Source of the DNA: Octopus sinensis
Taxonomy: Eukaryota
Direction of reading: 5' to 3'
NCBI RefSeq assembly: GCF_006345805.1
Contig: NW_021833232.1
Span: 21,309-85,308 of the forward strand
Length of the DNA stretch: 64,000 nt
Shown: positions 45,026-57,774 of the stretch, in pieces
Layout: each line of letters opens with the position of its first letter
Numbering within the stretch: the first letter of the stretch is position 1
Notes under the pieces: model-generated
Told to the model about the DNA's origin: nothing
The model's input: only the letters and a program-made list of their open reading frames with translations
Databases searched by the model: none
Program-made: the position numbers and the translations under genes

Positions 45026-45063
45026 TCTTTCTGTTGAAGAGCGTAGGCTCAAAACGTAAAAGA
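45026..45063 (+). ncRNA. Degenerate minimal hammerhead-like motif (PLE type)
   Basis: tcttt-ctgttga-a-gagc gtag gctc-aaaac-gta-aaaga: helix I tcttt/aaaga, helix II gagc/gctc, ACGT palindrome; A6 and G12 mutated. Confidence 0.45.
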
Positions 45064-45414
45064 CATTCTCACCTTCATGAGCATCAAATTAATACACTTA
45101 CTTGTTGTTTATAAACCTATCTATGTCTTTTGTTTTTCTTTAAATTTCAACTATGTAAACATTTATATATATATATATATATCCAATCCATGCCAGCATG
45201 GAAAGCGGACATTAAATGATGATGATGATGATGTATATATATATATATATATGTATGTGAATATATGTGTGTGTGTGAGTGTGTTTGTGCGTATACATAT
45301 ATATTCTTATATATATACACATATACATACATACATACATACATAAATACATACATACATACATACATACATATATGTATATATATATATATATATAATT
45401 GGTGGTGGTGGTGG

Positions 45415-45618
45415 TGGACAAAAACAAACACACAGACACATACATGCACATATTTGATGGGCTTCTTTCAGTTTCCGTCTACCAAATCCACTCACAAGGT
45501 TTTGGTCAGTCTAAGGCTATAAGAGAAGACAGTTGCCCAAGGTTCCATGCAGTGGGACTGAACCTGGAACCATGTCGTTGAGAAGCAAGTTTCTTACCTC
45601 ACATCTACGCCTGCACCT
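45415..45618 (-). mobile_element. SINE A head half, degenerate
   Basis: gggcttctttcagtttccgtctaccaaatccactcacaagg..gcagtgggactgaacc. Confidence 0.8.
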
Positions 45619-45762
45619 ATATGTATATATAACGGCAAATTGCTACCAAAACATGATATCTTATGGTTGTTTTTCCTGCACTATGCACTCAGTATTTTGG
45701 TACCCAGCCATGGTACCCTATATGTTGATGGACCTAAACTGTAATGTATCTTGTAACTAATA

Positions 45763-46082
45763 TCTATATATATAAAACTTAACTTGTGTGTCTGTGTGTG
45801 TGTGTCTGTGTGTTTAACTTCCCAGCACATCTCCTCCTAGCAAACAAATCGTAAAACCACCAAAAATGGGTCACTTAAAGTTTAGGCGAATGAAAATTGA
45901 ACTGCGCTATTTCTGTTCCGAAATTCATCTCGCAAGTGCAAAAATCGATAATGTATTTGTTTAGGCCTTATCCTAGCATTGAATAGTGAAGTTTACTCAG
46001 TCAGCTGTTTGACGTGAACTGTGTTCACCACGCGTGCAAGCATGCGTAAATTGCATGAAAAATAAAAAATCAAGATATAAAA
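45763..46082 (+). mobile_element. Helitron 5' portion
   Basis: a|tctatatatataaaac start; reverse complement of 48660-48992. Confidence 0.7.
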
Positions 46083-46669
46083 TGAATAGGAAGATGGTGT
46101 ATGTTGTAAGGGGCCCTAAAACGCTTAGGTTAGTAAATACTAGATTTTTAAAAAGTGATATTATGGGTTAAATATTAAGAGAGGAACCTATTCAGACATT
46201 TAGGAAGCAAGATGGTTAGGGCTGGAAATGGTCCAACAGTTTGTTAATATGAATGCGAAATTAGTAAAAACAATGACACAAATTAATACCGTAGAAAAAT
46301 TATTGAAATATTTCTGGTTAAGAGGAGGTAAGAACTAGGGTAAGTGGCCATAATTAGTGACTGCTGGTTGCAGTACACCCAAGAGAAAATGAGTTAATTA
46401 GCCTAACAACTAATTTTCCAGCTGATTGATTAAACGATCTTAAAATCAGTCAGCCTAGTGGTCAATTAAATAAGTAAAAGTAGATATCCCTAATTAAATT
46501 AATGGTTACAATTTATAATTAAAATTTAAAATTAAAATATTTGCAGATTGTTTTTACAGATGTAAGCTCTTACTATAATTTGTTCATGCAGTCATACGCA
46601 AAAAAGGAAATAAATTCAACATACATATAAATGTATACGCACACACTCGCACAAATACATATATGTATA

Positions 46670-46982
46670 TACATCACGTAATCCCGTGACCGACCAGGTT
46701 GTCAGATGTTGCTACACGTCGCTGGTCACAATGCGCTTCGCATTGTTTTAGCCTTCAAATGATGCTACCCCGCTGGCTAAGCAAGCAGGCCATGAGAAGA
46801 AAGAGTGCAAGAAAGTTGTGGGGAAAAAGTACAGCAGGGATCGCCACCACTCCCTGCCGCAGCCTCGTGGAGCTTTTGGTGTTTTCACTCAATAAACACT
46901 CACAACACCCGGTCTAGGAATCAAAACCGCGATCCTATGACCGCGAGCCTGCTGCCCTAAACACTGGGCCATTGCACCTCCA
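46670..46982 (-). mobile_element. tRNA-derived SINE family C
   Basis: Minus strand ggaggtgcaatggcccagtgtttagggcagc..ggttttgattcc; aagctccacgaggctgcggcag shared with 55985-56005. Confidence 0.78.
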
Positions 46983-47144
46983 TGTATACACATATATACA
47001 TATATATCAAACCCAAAATGTTTTCTCTGTCTATTTACATGATTGTCTACATGCACAGATGTGTGCGCATGCACATGCATACACACAAATATACATATAG
47101 AAACATACATGCATACACACACCTATATAATCATACATACATTC

Positions 47145-47176
<32 letters not shown>

Positions 47177-47523
47177 TCACACACAAGAAATTAAATAAAT
47201 GACACGAATAAGAAATTATGTTATGAGCTTCATTGGCTTACAGGTGTTTCAGCTATAGGATGCAATGCTGAGTGCTTATGTATCACCTTATAGTTTCAGC
47301 AAAACTAAGCACACAGCTCTGAGTGCATTGCAGGTTATACTTGAAACAGCTGTAAGCAAATGAAGGTTGTGATGTACTTTTTTATCCTTTTCCTATTTTT
47401 ATAGCTCCTCATTGCTGCTCTGTGATTGGATAACACTTTCTTCTGAAGCAAATATACACAGAGCTCTAAAACCAACATATTAGTAGTGCTATAATAAAGT
47501 CAATTAATTTATACATCCATATC

Positions 47524-47582
47524 AGGCGTATGAGTGGCTGTGTGGTAAGTAGCTTGCTTACGAACCACATGGTTCTGGGTTA
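47524..47582 (+). mobile_element. SINE A head fragment truncated at the B box
   Basis: aggcgtatgagtggctgtgtggtaagtagc..ggttctgggtt. Confidence 0.8.
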
Positions 47583-47829
47583 AGAGGATGGTTAAGAAAT
47601 AGTTAATTTAGATAAGATACAAAATAGAGAGTGATGTGGAGGAAATAAAAGAAAATAGATGTGAGATATGTAGGGATATTGTATTTGTAGATCCATTTAT
47701 TTTTTTAGGTAGAATGGTATACGTATAATATTCCAATACCTAATGAGTAAAATCCAATAGTATTTAAAATTGGTCATTCCAAGAATAGAGTTTATATACA
47801 GTGTTATTTAATCCAGGGTTGTGTATAAA

Positions 47830-47863
<34 letters not shown>

Positions 47864-47864
<1 letters not shown>

Positions 47865-48252
47865 TAGCAGTATCACCCGGTGTTGCTTGGGTTTGTTTCG
47901 ACCCTTTAGAATTGGAATTTTTTAAAAGTAAAAATTATGCATTATGCAACTTGTTATTCTCTTTAAGTGAACATTTTTCCGGTTGAAATATACCAAAAAA
48001 TGGTGACACAGCAGTCAAAAATCGTAAAAAATAGGGATTTTCATAGAAAAAAAGCACCTTTTTGATGTAAATAATTTTTGGTGTTAACATGGTCTGATTT
48101 GAATTTTATCTTCTATGGAATGAAGAGCAAGCCTTCTTCTATCATACTCTCAATTTTGGTCAACTTGCACTGCAGGGTCTCGAAGGAGATAGTGTTAGTT
48201 GAAGGCTACCAAACCTGCCACACACTGACAACTTCAGCTTTATATATATAGA
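47864..48252 (-). mobile_element. Complete non-autonomous Helitron (~390 bp)
   Basis: Minus strand 5' A|TCtatatatataaagctg at 48252; 3' hairpin acccaagcaacaccgggt then CTAG|T at 47864. Confidence 0.8.
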
Positions 48253-48299
48253 TTTGTTGCACACTACTTTCCATCCTTAATAATGAAACTTGGTAGATC

Positions 48300-48992
48300 C
48301 AAAAGTTAAACACAAAGACACAGATACACACACAGACACACACACAGATACACACACAGACACACAAGTTGAGTTTCATATATATAGATTTCTCAACGGG
48401 GATTTCAGGGGAGAGTTTCAGGGAGTCGCTGGTGATGTATCGTGATGATAAAAAATCCGGCCTGCTAAAATTTGGTTAAAGTGATTCAAACTGCAGATCA
48501 ACGCAAAATAGTCACATTTAATTCAAAGCGTTAAAAATGTTATGAAAACAATTGGTATGTGTTCACAAAGTCCAAACGATTAATATGAAAAATCCCTCCA
48601 GGCTACATCTCGAAAATTCATTTCTTTGCCGAATTTCTACAATGTTTACAGTGATTCGTTTTTATATCTTGATCTTTTTTATTTTTCATGCAATTTACAC
48701 ATGCTTGCACACGTGGTGAACACAGTTCACGTCAAACAGCTGACTGAGTAAAGTTCACTATTCAATGCATGGGATAAGGCCTAAACAAACACATTATCGA
48801 TTTTTGCACTTGCGAGACGAATTTCGGAACAGAAATAGCACAGTTCAATTTTCATTCGCCTAAACTTTAAGTGACCCATTTTTGGTGATCCTACGATTTG
48901 TTGGCTAGGAGGAGATGTGCCGGGAAGTTAAACACACAGACACACACACAAATACACACACAGACACACAAGTTGAGTTTTATATATATAGA
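48300..48992 (-). mobile_element. Two further Helitron 5' portions (5' TC at 48388 and 48992), same family as 45763
   Basis: atctatatatat(a/g)aaactcaacttgtgtgtctgtg on minus strand at both sites. Confidence 0.72.
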
Positions 48993-49097
48993 TATAATTA
49001 ATCCAAAAATGGAAGAAAAAACACAAGAAAAAGACAACAATGTGAGGACGTGGTACATGCAGAGTATTAGCAGATGTTCTGGGAAGGAAAGAAAGGT

Positions 49098-49134
49098 AGT
49101 TTTATGTTTCGAGCAAAGCTCTTCATCGGGAACA
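49098..49134 (-). ncRNA. Minimal hammerhead-like motif (PLE type)
   Basis: Minus strand gttc-ccgatga-a-gagc ttt gctc-gaaac-ata-aaac; GAAAC intact, U4->C, gaaacata consistent with CpG decay of gaaacgta; helix I weak. Confidence 0.5.
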
Positions 49135-49460
49135 GCAGACAGAGGAAAGTCCAAGAGAACAGGAAAATGGAAGAAAAAACATCGCTAACGATCCACATGT
49201 AAGATGACCAAAAGGGAATGGGTGAAGTAAAAGTTCTTTCTTAGACAGGAAAGTGTAAGAGGAGGTATCTGTGTGTATGTGTGGATATGCGGGTGCATGC
49301 AAGTGTGTGTGTGTTGTGTATGTGGTATTGACTGTTTATAAGTGTATGTGTGAGTGAACTTTGTGTCTGTTAATATTGTAGAAAGAATTCAGCATGTATG
49401 TATATAGATAGATGAAGAGATAGACAAACAGACAGAAAGATATATATACATATATATATA

Positions 49461-49750
<290 letters not shown>

Positions 49751-49774
49751 TGTGTATGGATATGTAAGGGAAAC

Positions 49775-50192
49775 AATGATGGTGATGGTGACCCTAGTAT
49801 TAGTAACAATATTGGGGATTGTGGTGATGGTGGTGGTGGTGGTGGTGGTGGTGGTGGTGGTGGTGGAGTTGAAGACAGCCCTGGTAACTGGTGATAATAG
49901 TGTTAAAGATGATGATGATGCTGGTGCTGTTATTGGTGGCAATGGCGATAAGTTGGATAATGGTTGTGACGGTGGTGGTGGTGATGGTGATGATGGTGAT
50001 GACAGTGATGACGACATAGCAACACAGTAATTAAATAAATGGTGATGAGAATGACAATAGCAACATCAACCCAATTAGCAATGAATGTGGTGGTTGTGAT
50101 GGTTGTGGTGGTGGTGTAGTAATTGTGGTGGTTGCAGTGGCAGTGGTGAAGGTGAGTGGCAGTGGTGGTGGTGGTGGTAGCTGCTCTGCTAC

Positions 50193-50235
<43 letters not shown>

Positions 50236-50715
50236 AATGGTAAGATCAACTCAATTAGTGAGGCATCGGGTGGTGGTGGGGGGGGGGGTGATGGTGGTGG
50301 TGGTGGTGGTACTGCTGCTGCTGCTGCTGCTGCTGCTTCTGGTGATGATAACAATGATGATGATGAGGAAGAGGAGGTGGAGGAGGAGGAGGAGGAGGAG
50401 GGGGAGGAGGACGGTGTAGCGCTAGTGGTGGCGATGATGGTGATAGTGGTGGTGTTCGCGGTGGCTAAAATGATGATGATGATGATAGTGATTGTGATGA
50501 TGACAACGACAATGATGACGGTGATGATGATGATGAGGAGGAGGAGGAAGAGGAAGAGGAAGATGACAATACTGACATCAATTCAATTAGTGCTGTATAC
50601 AATCACAGCGATGACAATGATGATGATGACGATGACGATGACAATGATGGCGATGATGATGATGATGATGGTGATGATGTCAGCCAAAACAACAACAACA
50701 ACAACAACAACAACA
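49775..50715. repeat. Trinucleotide mosaic (GGT, GAT, GCT, GAG, AAC)
   Basis: Direct reading. Confidence 0.9.
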
Positions 50716-50829
50716 AGTTAATAAGCAACAAAATAAAGCCATAGAGATTTGTTTGAAACATCAAGATGTCCTCCTTAAGTGGCATGAACACACCTGCTTC
50801 CCACTTGTTTTCACTGTTGCCTAGATACA

Positions 50830-51395
50830 CTTACACACACACACACATACGCACACACACACACACACACATACATAATGAGTAAACGCATGCATCTGCA
50901 CACTTGCCAACATATGCATACTGACGCATGTACATATACACGCACACACATGTGTATATATACATCACCATACATACATATATATAAATATATATATATA
51001 TATACACATACACATGCACACACACACATGCCAATATACACACTCACACACACATACACACACACACATGCCAATATACACACACACATATATATGTGTG
51101 TACACACACATATTCACTTCCACAAATCTATATATATATAACATACATATATATATATTATAATATATATATATATATATATACACAGATATACGTATAC
51201 ACAAACACACACATACATGCATAATAAATAAACACATATATCTGCACACTTACCGACATATGCATGCTGACGCATGTACATGTACATGCACACACATATA
51301 TACACATGCCAATATATATATATACACACACATACACACATATATATGTAGACACACACATATACACTCCCACAAATATACATATATATATATAT

Positions 51396-51429
<34 letters not shown>

Positions 51430-51700
51430 ACACAGATATACGTATACACAAACACACACATACATGCATATAATAAACACATATATCTGCACACTTACCG
51501 ACATATGCATGCTGACGCATGTACATGTACATGCACACACATATTACACATGCCAATATATATATATACACACACATACACACATATATATGTAGACACA
51601 CACATATACACTCCCACAAATCATATATATATATATAATATATATATTATATATACATATATACGTATACACAAACACACACACACATATTTACTTCCAC

Positions 51701-51734
<34 letters not shown>

Positions 51735-51820
51735 CACAAACACACACCATACACACATACATATATATATATACATATACACAAACACACACACATACAC
51801 ACATACATAGATACACGGAC
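50830..51820. repeat. CA/TA-rich tract with three ~245-346-bp tandem units
   Basis: tctgcacactt..acatatgcat..ctgacgcatgtacat at 50895, 51241, 51486. Confidence 0.85.
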
Positions 51821-51898
51821 ATAAGCATGCAGTGACAATCTTCCTTTTACCTTTCATCGCCACTGTTTGAGTTCTTAGTGTTCTTATTGTTGTTGCTG

Positions 51899-51932
<34 letters not shown>

Positions 51933-52106
51933 TGTCATCATCACCATCATCATGTTTTGAATTGCGGTTTCTTTCTCTTGTCACTACTATCACTCGTAGG
52001 CTCACACATCCACATCTATATACATGATATATATATATATATATATATATTATTATAATGTATAACACACCACACTACACACACATGCATATTTATATAC
52101 ATATAT

Positions 52107-52519
52107 AGGCGCAGGAGTGGCTGTGTGGTAAGTAGCTTGCTTACCAACCACATGGTTCCGGGTTCAGTCCCACTGCAGGGCACTTTGGGCAAGTGTCTTT
52201 TACTATAGCCTCCAAAGCTTTGTGAGTGGATTTGGTAGATGGAAACTGAAAGAAGCCCATCATATATATGCATATGTCCACATATATACATATATGTTGC
52301 CAGTACCGTCTGACTGGCCCTCGTGCTGGTGGCATGTAAAAGCACCCACTACACTCTTGGAGTGGTTGGCGTTAAGACGGGCACCCAGCTGTAGAAACTC
52401 TGCCAGATCAGATTGGAGTCTGGTGCAGCCATCTGGTTTGCCAGCCCTCAGTCAAATCGTCCAACCCATGCTAGCATTGAAAGCGGACATTAAACGATGA
52501 TGATGATGATGATGATATG

Positions 52520-52550
<31 letters not shown>

Positions 52551-52766
52551 ATGTTTGTGTGTCTGTGTTTGTCATGCCAACATTGCTTGACAACCGATGC
52601 TGGTGTGTTTACGTCCCCGTAACTTAGTGATTTGGCAAAAGAGACCGATAGAATAAGTACTGGGCTTCCAAAGAATAACTCCTGGGGTCGATTTGCTCGA
52701 CTAAAGGCGGTGCTCCAGCATGGCCGCAGTCAAAAGACTGAAACAAATAAAAGAGTAAAAGAGTAA
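52107..52766 (+). mobile_element. SINE A interrupted by a family D copy (52298-52516, +) in its central microsatellite
   Basis: Head 52107-~52290, D with (GAT)n tail, then (TG)n and SINE tail to 52766. Confidence 0.85.
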
Positions 52767-53067
52767 TCCTGCTATGTACAAAATAGCCTGTTATGCAAAA
52801 GGAAGATGGTGAAGATGGCGCCAATTACTGTAGTTTTTAGGGACAATATGAGAAGGCAGCAAGAGGAATATCAAAGAAATGAGAACAGAGTGCCCAGTAG
52901 AGCTGTAATAAAAGATTTCCTTGTTTAGCAAGGCCAGAATAATCAGGAAAGAGTTACATAGTTGGAGAGAACAGATAGCATGCAACTGTAGGCTGCAAGC
53001 AGCGTGCCCACTAGGCATGCAAGACTTGAGGAGTTCCAACAAAATATAGAATGATAATTATAATACA

Positions 53068-53271
53068 TTCTACCATAGGCATAAATTTGAGGGGAGGGGG
53101 TAAGTCAGTTACATTAACCCCAGTGCTTAGCTGGTACTTATTCCATCAACCTCTGAAAGGATGGGAGGCAAAGTTGACCTTGGTGGAATTGGAACTTGGA
53201 ATGTAAAGACAGAGAAAACACCACTAAGCATTTTGTTTGGCATTCTAATGATTCTGCCAGCTTGCCGCCTT
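53068..53271 (-). mobile_element. SINE family B
   Basis: Minus strand aaggcggcaagctggcagaatc..gttccaattcc; followed by AAT array. Confidence 0.75.
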
Positions 53272-53272
53272 A

Positions 53273-53330
<58 letters not shown>

Positions 53331-53369
53331 AATAATAATAATGATAATAATAATAATAATAATAATAAT

Positions 53370-53628
53370 AAAAGATGGGCTACAGCAAATATTCTGCTCA
53401 ATCCTAGAGATTTTCTTGTCAGTTGTTTGATCTTAACCAGTTGAGCATGTCCCTTGGTGGCTGACGATATGTGCATCTCTGATCACGAGCAGAAGTAGTG
53501 GGGGAGCATCATAGCCATGTGTTGAAAGGAATTCTTGGAGGTTTGGATAATTCATCTTTAGTGGTTTGTTCAAGATCCTTAAACAATCCTTATTCAGGGG
53601 CCTTTTGAGTAGGATGGGCTACTTGACC
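53370..53628 (-). mobile_element. Partial copy of the AAT-associated element
   Basis: Matches 1799-2070; abuts (AAT)n at 53272-53370. Confidence 0.8.
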
Positions 53629-54289
53629 GTGGGAGAGGTTTCAAATTACTTTGGCTCCAATTCTTGAAAGGTACTTTATTTTACCAACTTCCATAAGGAT
53701 GAATGGCGAAGTCAGCCTTAGCAGGGTTAGAACTCTGAATGTCATGACCTGGAACAAATTACCATAACACTTCTTGTCTAACATCTCTAATACTTCTTCC
53801 GGTCCGTTGTTTCATTTATGGTCCCTGAAAAATAAAACGCTGAGGTATCAGCAACAGGATTTGAACTCAACACTCAAAGATTAGACAACTAGCATATGAT
53901 ATTTCTTGCAGTCACCACTCTAAGAATTCTACCAGCTCACTGCCTTCAAGAGCATTTGACTGCTATTTCATGCAGGTCAAGCATAGCAATTAATCTCACT
54001 GACCAATGCAGTGTTGTGCAGTAAAGGGCAGTGGTTGTTGAACAATGCACGTTGTGCACCCTCTGCACTTGAAATGCATTGTGCTGTAATTTAGTGCACT
54101 GCAGTGCAACCCAGACTTGTAGATGCATTTCAGCAATGTGTCGCAGGTGTTCAAATGTTCATACAATGCAATAACACAAAGTAGTTGCAGCATTTTGCAC
54201 TGCAGTTCTGGTGCATCCTAGTGCATCATGATGCAAAATATGAGATAGTGATAAACTTCATCATCATTATCAACATCATCATCATTACC

Positions 54290-54325
<36 letters not shown>

Positions 54326-54326
<1 letters not shown>

Positions 54327-54722
54327 TCTTTTACTTGTTTCAGTCATTTGACTGTGGCCATGCTGGAGCACCACCTTTAGTCGAGCAAATCGACCCCAGG
54401 ACTTATTTTTGTAAGCCTAGTACTTATTCTATCGGTCTCTTTTGCCGAACCGCTAAGTTACGGGGACGCAAACACACCAGCATCGGTTGTCAAGCGATGT
54501 TTGGGTGGGGGACAAACACAGACACACAGACACACACATGCATATATATACATATATACGGCAGGCTTCTTTCAGTTTCCGTCTACCAAATCCACTCACA
54601 AGGCTTTGGTCAGCCCGAGGCTATAGTAGAAGACACTTGCCCAAGGTGCCATGCAGTGGGACTGAACCCGGAACCATGTGGTTGGTAAACAAGCTACTTA
54701 CCACACAGCCACTCCTGCGCCT
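54326..54722 (-). mobile_element. SINE family A, full length
   Basis: End-to-end homology. Confidence 0.92.
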
Positions 54723-54744
54723 TTTCCTGTATAGGTATATTTGT

Positions 54745-55367
54745 TTGTCTTTGTGTCTGGGTCTGTCTCCCACCACTGCTTGGCGACCGGTTTTGATGTG
54801 TTTATGACCCTGTGACTTAGTGGTGTGGCAAAAAGAAATGATAAAATAAGTACTAGGCTTAAAAATTTAGTCGTAAAGTTCATTTGTTTGGCTACAAACC
54901 CTAAAACCCCTCATGGCTGCACTCAGAGGAGTGAAACAAGTAAAAGATAAAGGATACACCTCACACTCACACACACATGCAGGCATGGCTATGTGGTAAG
55001 AAGCTTGCTTCCCAAACACATGGTTCTGGGTTCAGTCCCACTGTGTGGCACCTTGGGCAAGTGTTTTCTACTATAGCCTCAGGCCAATCAAAGCCTTGTG
55101 AGTGGATTTGGTAGATGGAAATGGAAAGAAGCCCGTCATATATATGTATATGCATATATGTGTGTGTGTGTGTGTCTATGTTTGCCCTTGTGGCCATCGC
55201 TTGACAACCGATGCTGGTGTGTTTATGTCCTTGTAACTTAGCAGATAGAATAAGTACAAGGTTTACAAAGAATAAGTCCTGGAGTTGATTTTTTTGACTT
55301 GTTTGACTAAAATCATTCAAGCCCATGCTCCACATGGCTGCAGTCGAATGGCTGAAAGAAGTAAAAG
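54745..55367 (+). mobile_element. Degenerate SINE A tail (54745-54945) and a second SINE A (54981-55367)
   Basis: Motif homology. Confidence 0.78.
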
Positions 55368-55724
55368 GTAATATATATATATTTATATATAATAATAATA
55401 TTAGGGAGTAAATCCAAACTTACAGGGAAAAATTTGATTTAGGATTAAATCTAATTTTATAGTATAAATATATATATTATATTAAATTCGAGATAAAAAC
55501 CACTATTAGGCAAATCAAACAGTGAAAATCATAAGCCAATACATAGAAATAAAATTAATTAATAAAATATATAAAAAATATAAAATATAAAATTCCAAAT
55601 TAAAATATTTAAATTAATAATTTAAACTTATAAATCTTAAACATATATATATATATATATTATTATATTTATATCTTATTATATATATTTATATATATAA
55701 ATATAGCAATAATAATATATATAT

Positions 55725-55862
55725 GTATATAATTATATTAAGGGAGCATGCATGAAGTGCCAAGACCTTTAAAAACTACCAAAAACTCAAGATAGTAATT
55801 TTTTAAAGGTATTGGCACTTCAAGGTCGTTTTTGCCCTTGCTCCCTTAATATAATTATATAC
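55725..55862. repeat. 138-bp double-stem fold-back
   Basis: Perfect 24-bp outer IR gtatataattatattaagggagca/tgctcccttaatataattatatac; inner IR tgaagtgccaagacctttaaaaa/tttttaaaggtattggcacttca (1 mismatch). Confidence 0.88.
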
Positions 55863-55881
55863 CTATGTATATTATTAGTGT

Positions 55882-56180
55882 GAAGGCACATGGCCTAGTG
55901 GTTAGAGCAGCAGACTTGCAGTCGGGGGATCGCGGTTTCGAATCTCAGACCGGGTGATGTGTATGTTTATAAGCGAAACACCTAAGCTCCACGCGGCTCC
56001 GGCAGAAGGTAATGGTGAACTTCTGCTGACTCATTTGCCACAACTTTCTCTTACCCTTTCCTCCTGCATCTTGCAGCTCACCTGCAACAGACTGGCATCC
56101 CATCCAGGTGGGGAACCTATATGCCAAGGAAACCGGGAAAACCGGCCCTATGAGCCAGGCATGGCTTGAGAAGGAACAAA
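55882..56180 (+). mobile_element. tRNA-derived SINE family C variant with V-SINE-like core
   Basis: A box tggcctagtgg (55891), B box ggtttcgaatct (55934), gactggcatcccatccagg core (V-domain resemblance from memory). Confidence 0.78.
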
Positions 56181-56695
56181 TATATAGTATTATTAATTTA
56201 ATGAATAAATTGCCTAAAAATTATTATAACATGCTGACTACTTGATTAAAATCATTAACGTAATTTTTATCCTTATATTCTATTATGAATTAATAAATAT
56301 AAATACATGTATATCTATATATATGTGTATATGTATTTATATATATACATATAATAATAATATAGGGTAAGATTAAGTAATTAATTGATCAATTAATTAA
56401 TTGATTAATAATTAATAATTCTATCAAGTAGTCAGTTTGTTAAAATAACCCTTTTAGGTGAATTATACGAAATAGTCTATAATTATATACAAAATTATAA
56501 TTAGCTGACCCTTGATTATAATTATGTATATAATTATAGAATATTATGTATACATACATACATACATACATATATGTATGTGTGTATATACATATGTATA
56601 CCTATATATATAAAATGTGAAAATCAGACAAGGTTGGAATTCCTTTTATTAATATATTCTTCTATACACAATCACACACACCCGTATATATGTCT

Positions 56696-56753
<58 letters not shown>

Positions 56754-57177
56754 GTTGAGTGTAGAAATTCGGGGTAGTACTTGATAATACTCGGGGTGAG
56801 TACTTGATATATATATATATATATATATGTATACATATATATATATATGGGTACATATATATATACATATGTGTGTGTGTATAATTATATATGTATGTAT
56901 ACAAACATATATATAAACACACACACATTCATGCATACATCATACTTACATCCATCTAGAGTTATAGTTTGAGGGAGACTTAAGCTGTTTTGTTCTAGCA
57001 GGTCAACTGATCAAATAGCAGCATTGGTCAATGACCAAGGCCTCTGTATGGCCTGTTGCTCTGCTGTAGTGCAAAGTGCTGCAGTGTAGATGCAGTACTG
57101 CAGTAGGTGCTTTCGTGCTTTACAGTAGAGTGTGGAATGTAATGATGTTTATAGTGGTTGGGAATCTGGTGTTTCTC

Positions 57178-57219
<42 letters not shown>

Positions 57220-57277
57220 CAGAAATATAGATGAATAGATAGATAGATAAATAAACAATTAGACAGACTAATAAATA

Positions 57278-57329
<52 letters not shown>

Positions 57330-57362
57330 TATGAATGAAGCATTTGTGAATGTCTATATATT

Positions 57363-57774
57363 CTTTTACTCTCTTTTACTCTTTTACTTGTTTCAGTCAT
57401 CTGACTGCGGCCATGCTGGAGCACCGCCTTTAGTCGAGCAAATCGACCCCGGGACTTATTCTTTGTAAGCCCAGTACTCATTCTATCAGTCTCTTTTGCC
57501 GAACCGCTAAGTGACGGGGACATAAACACACCAGCATCGGTTGTCAAGCAATGCTAGGGGGACAAACACAGACACACAAACACACACACATACATATATA
57601 TACATATACACGTCAGGCTTCTTTCAGTTTCCGTCTACCAAATCCACTCACAAGGCACTGGTCGGCCCGGGGCTATAGCAGAAGACACTCGCCCAAGATG
57701 CCACGCAGTGGGACTGAACCCGGAACAATGTGGTTGGTTAGCAAGCTACTTACCACACAGCCACTCCTGCGCCT
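57363..57774 (-). mobile_element. SINE family A, full length, young subfamily
   Basis: Shares diagnostic bases with 58355-58763. Confidence 0.92.

Noticed and set aside
46085-46560. AT-rich unique-looking segments here and at 47583-47830 and 55400-55560 as coding fragments
   Set aside because: The frames I translated by eye (46085-46330, part of 47583-47830) had stops and no recognisable motif; 55400-55560 was not fully translated; left unclassified
55882-55955. tRNA gene
   Set aside because: A and B boxes are present but there is no closing acceptor stem and it continues into a SINE body; the same holds for SINE A, B and other C heads
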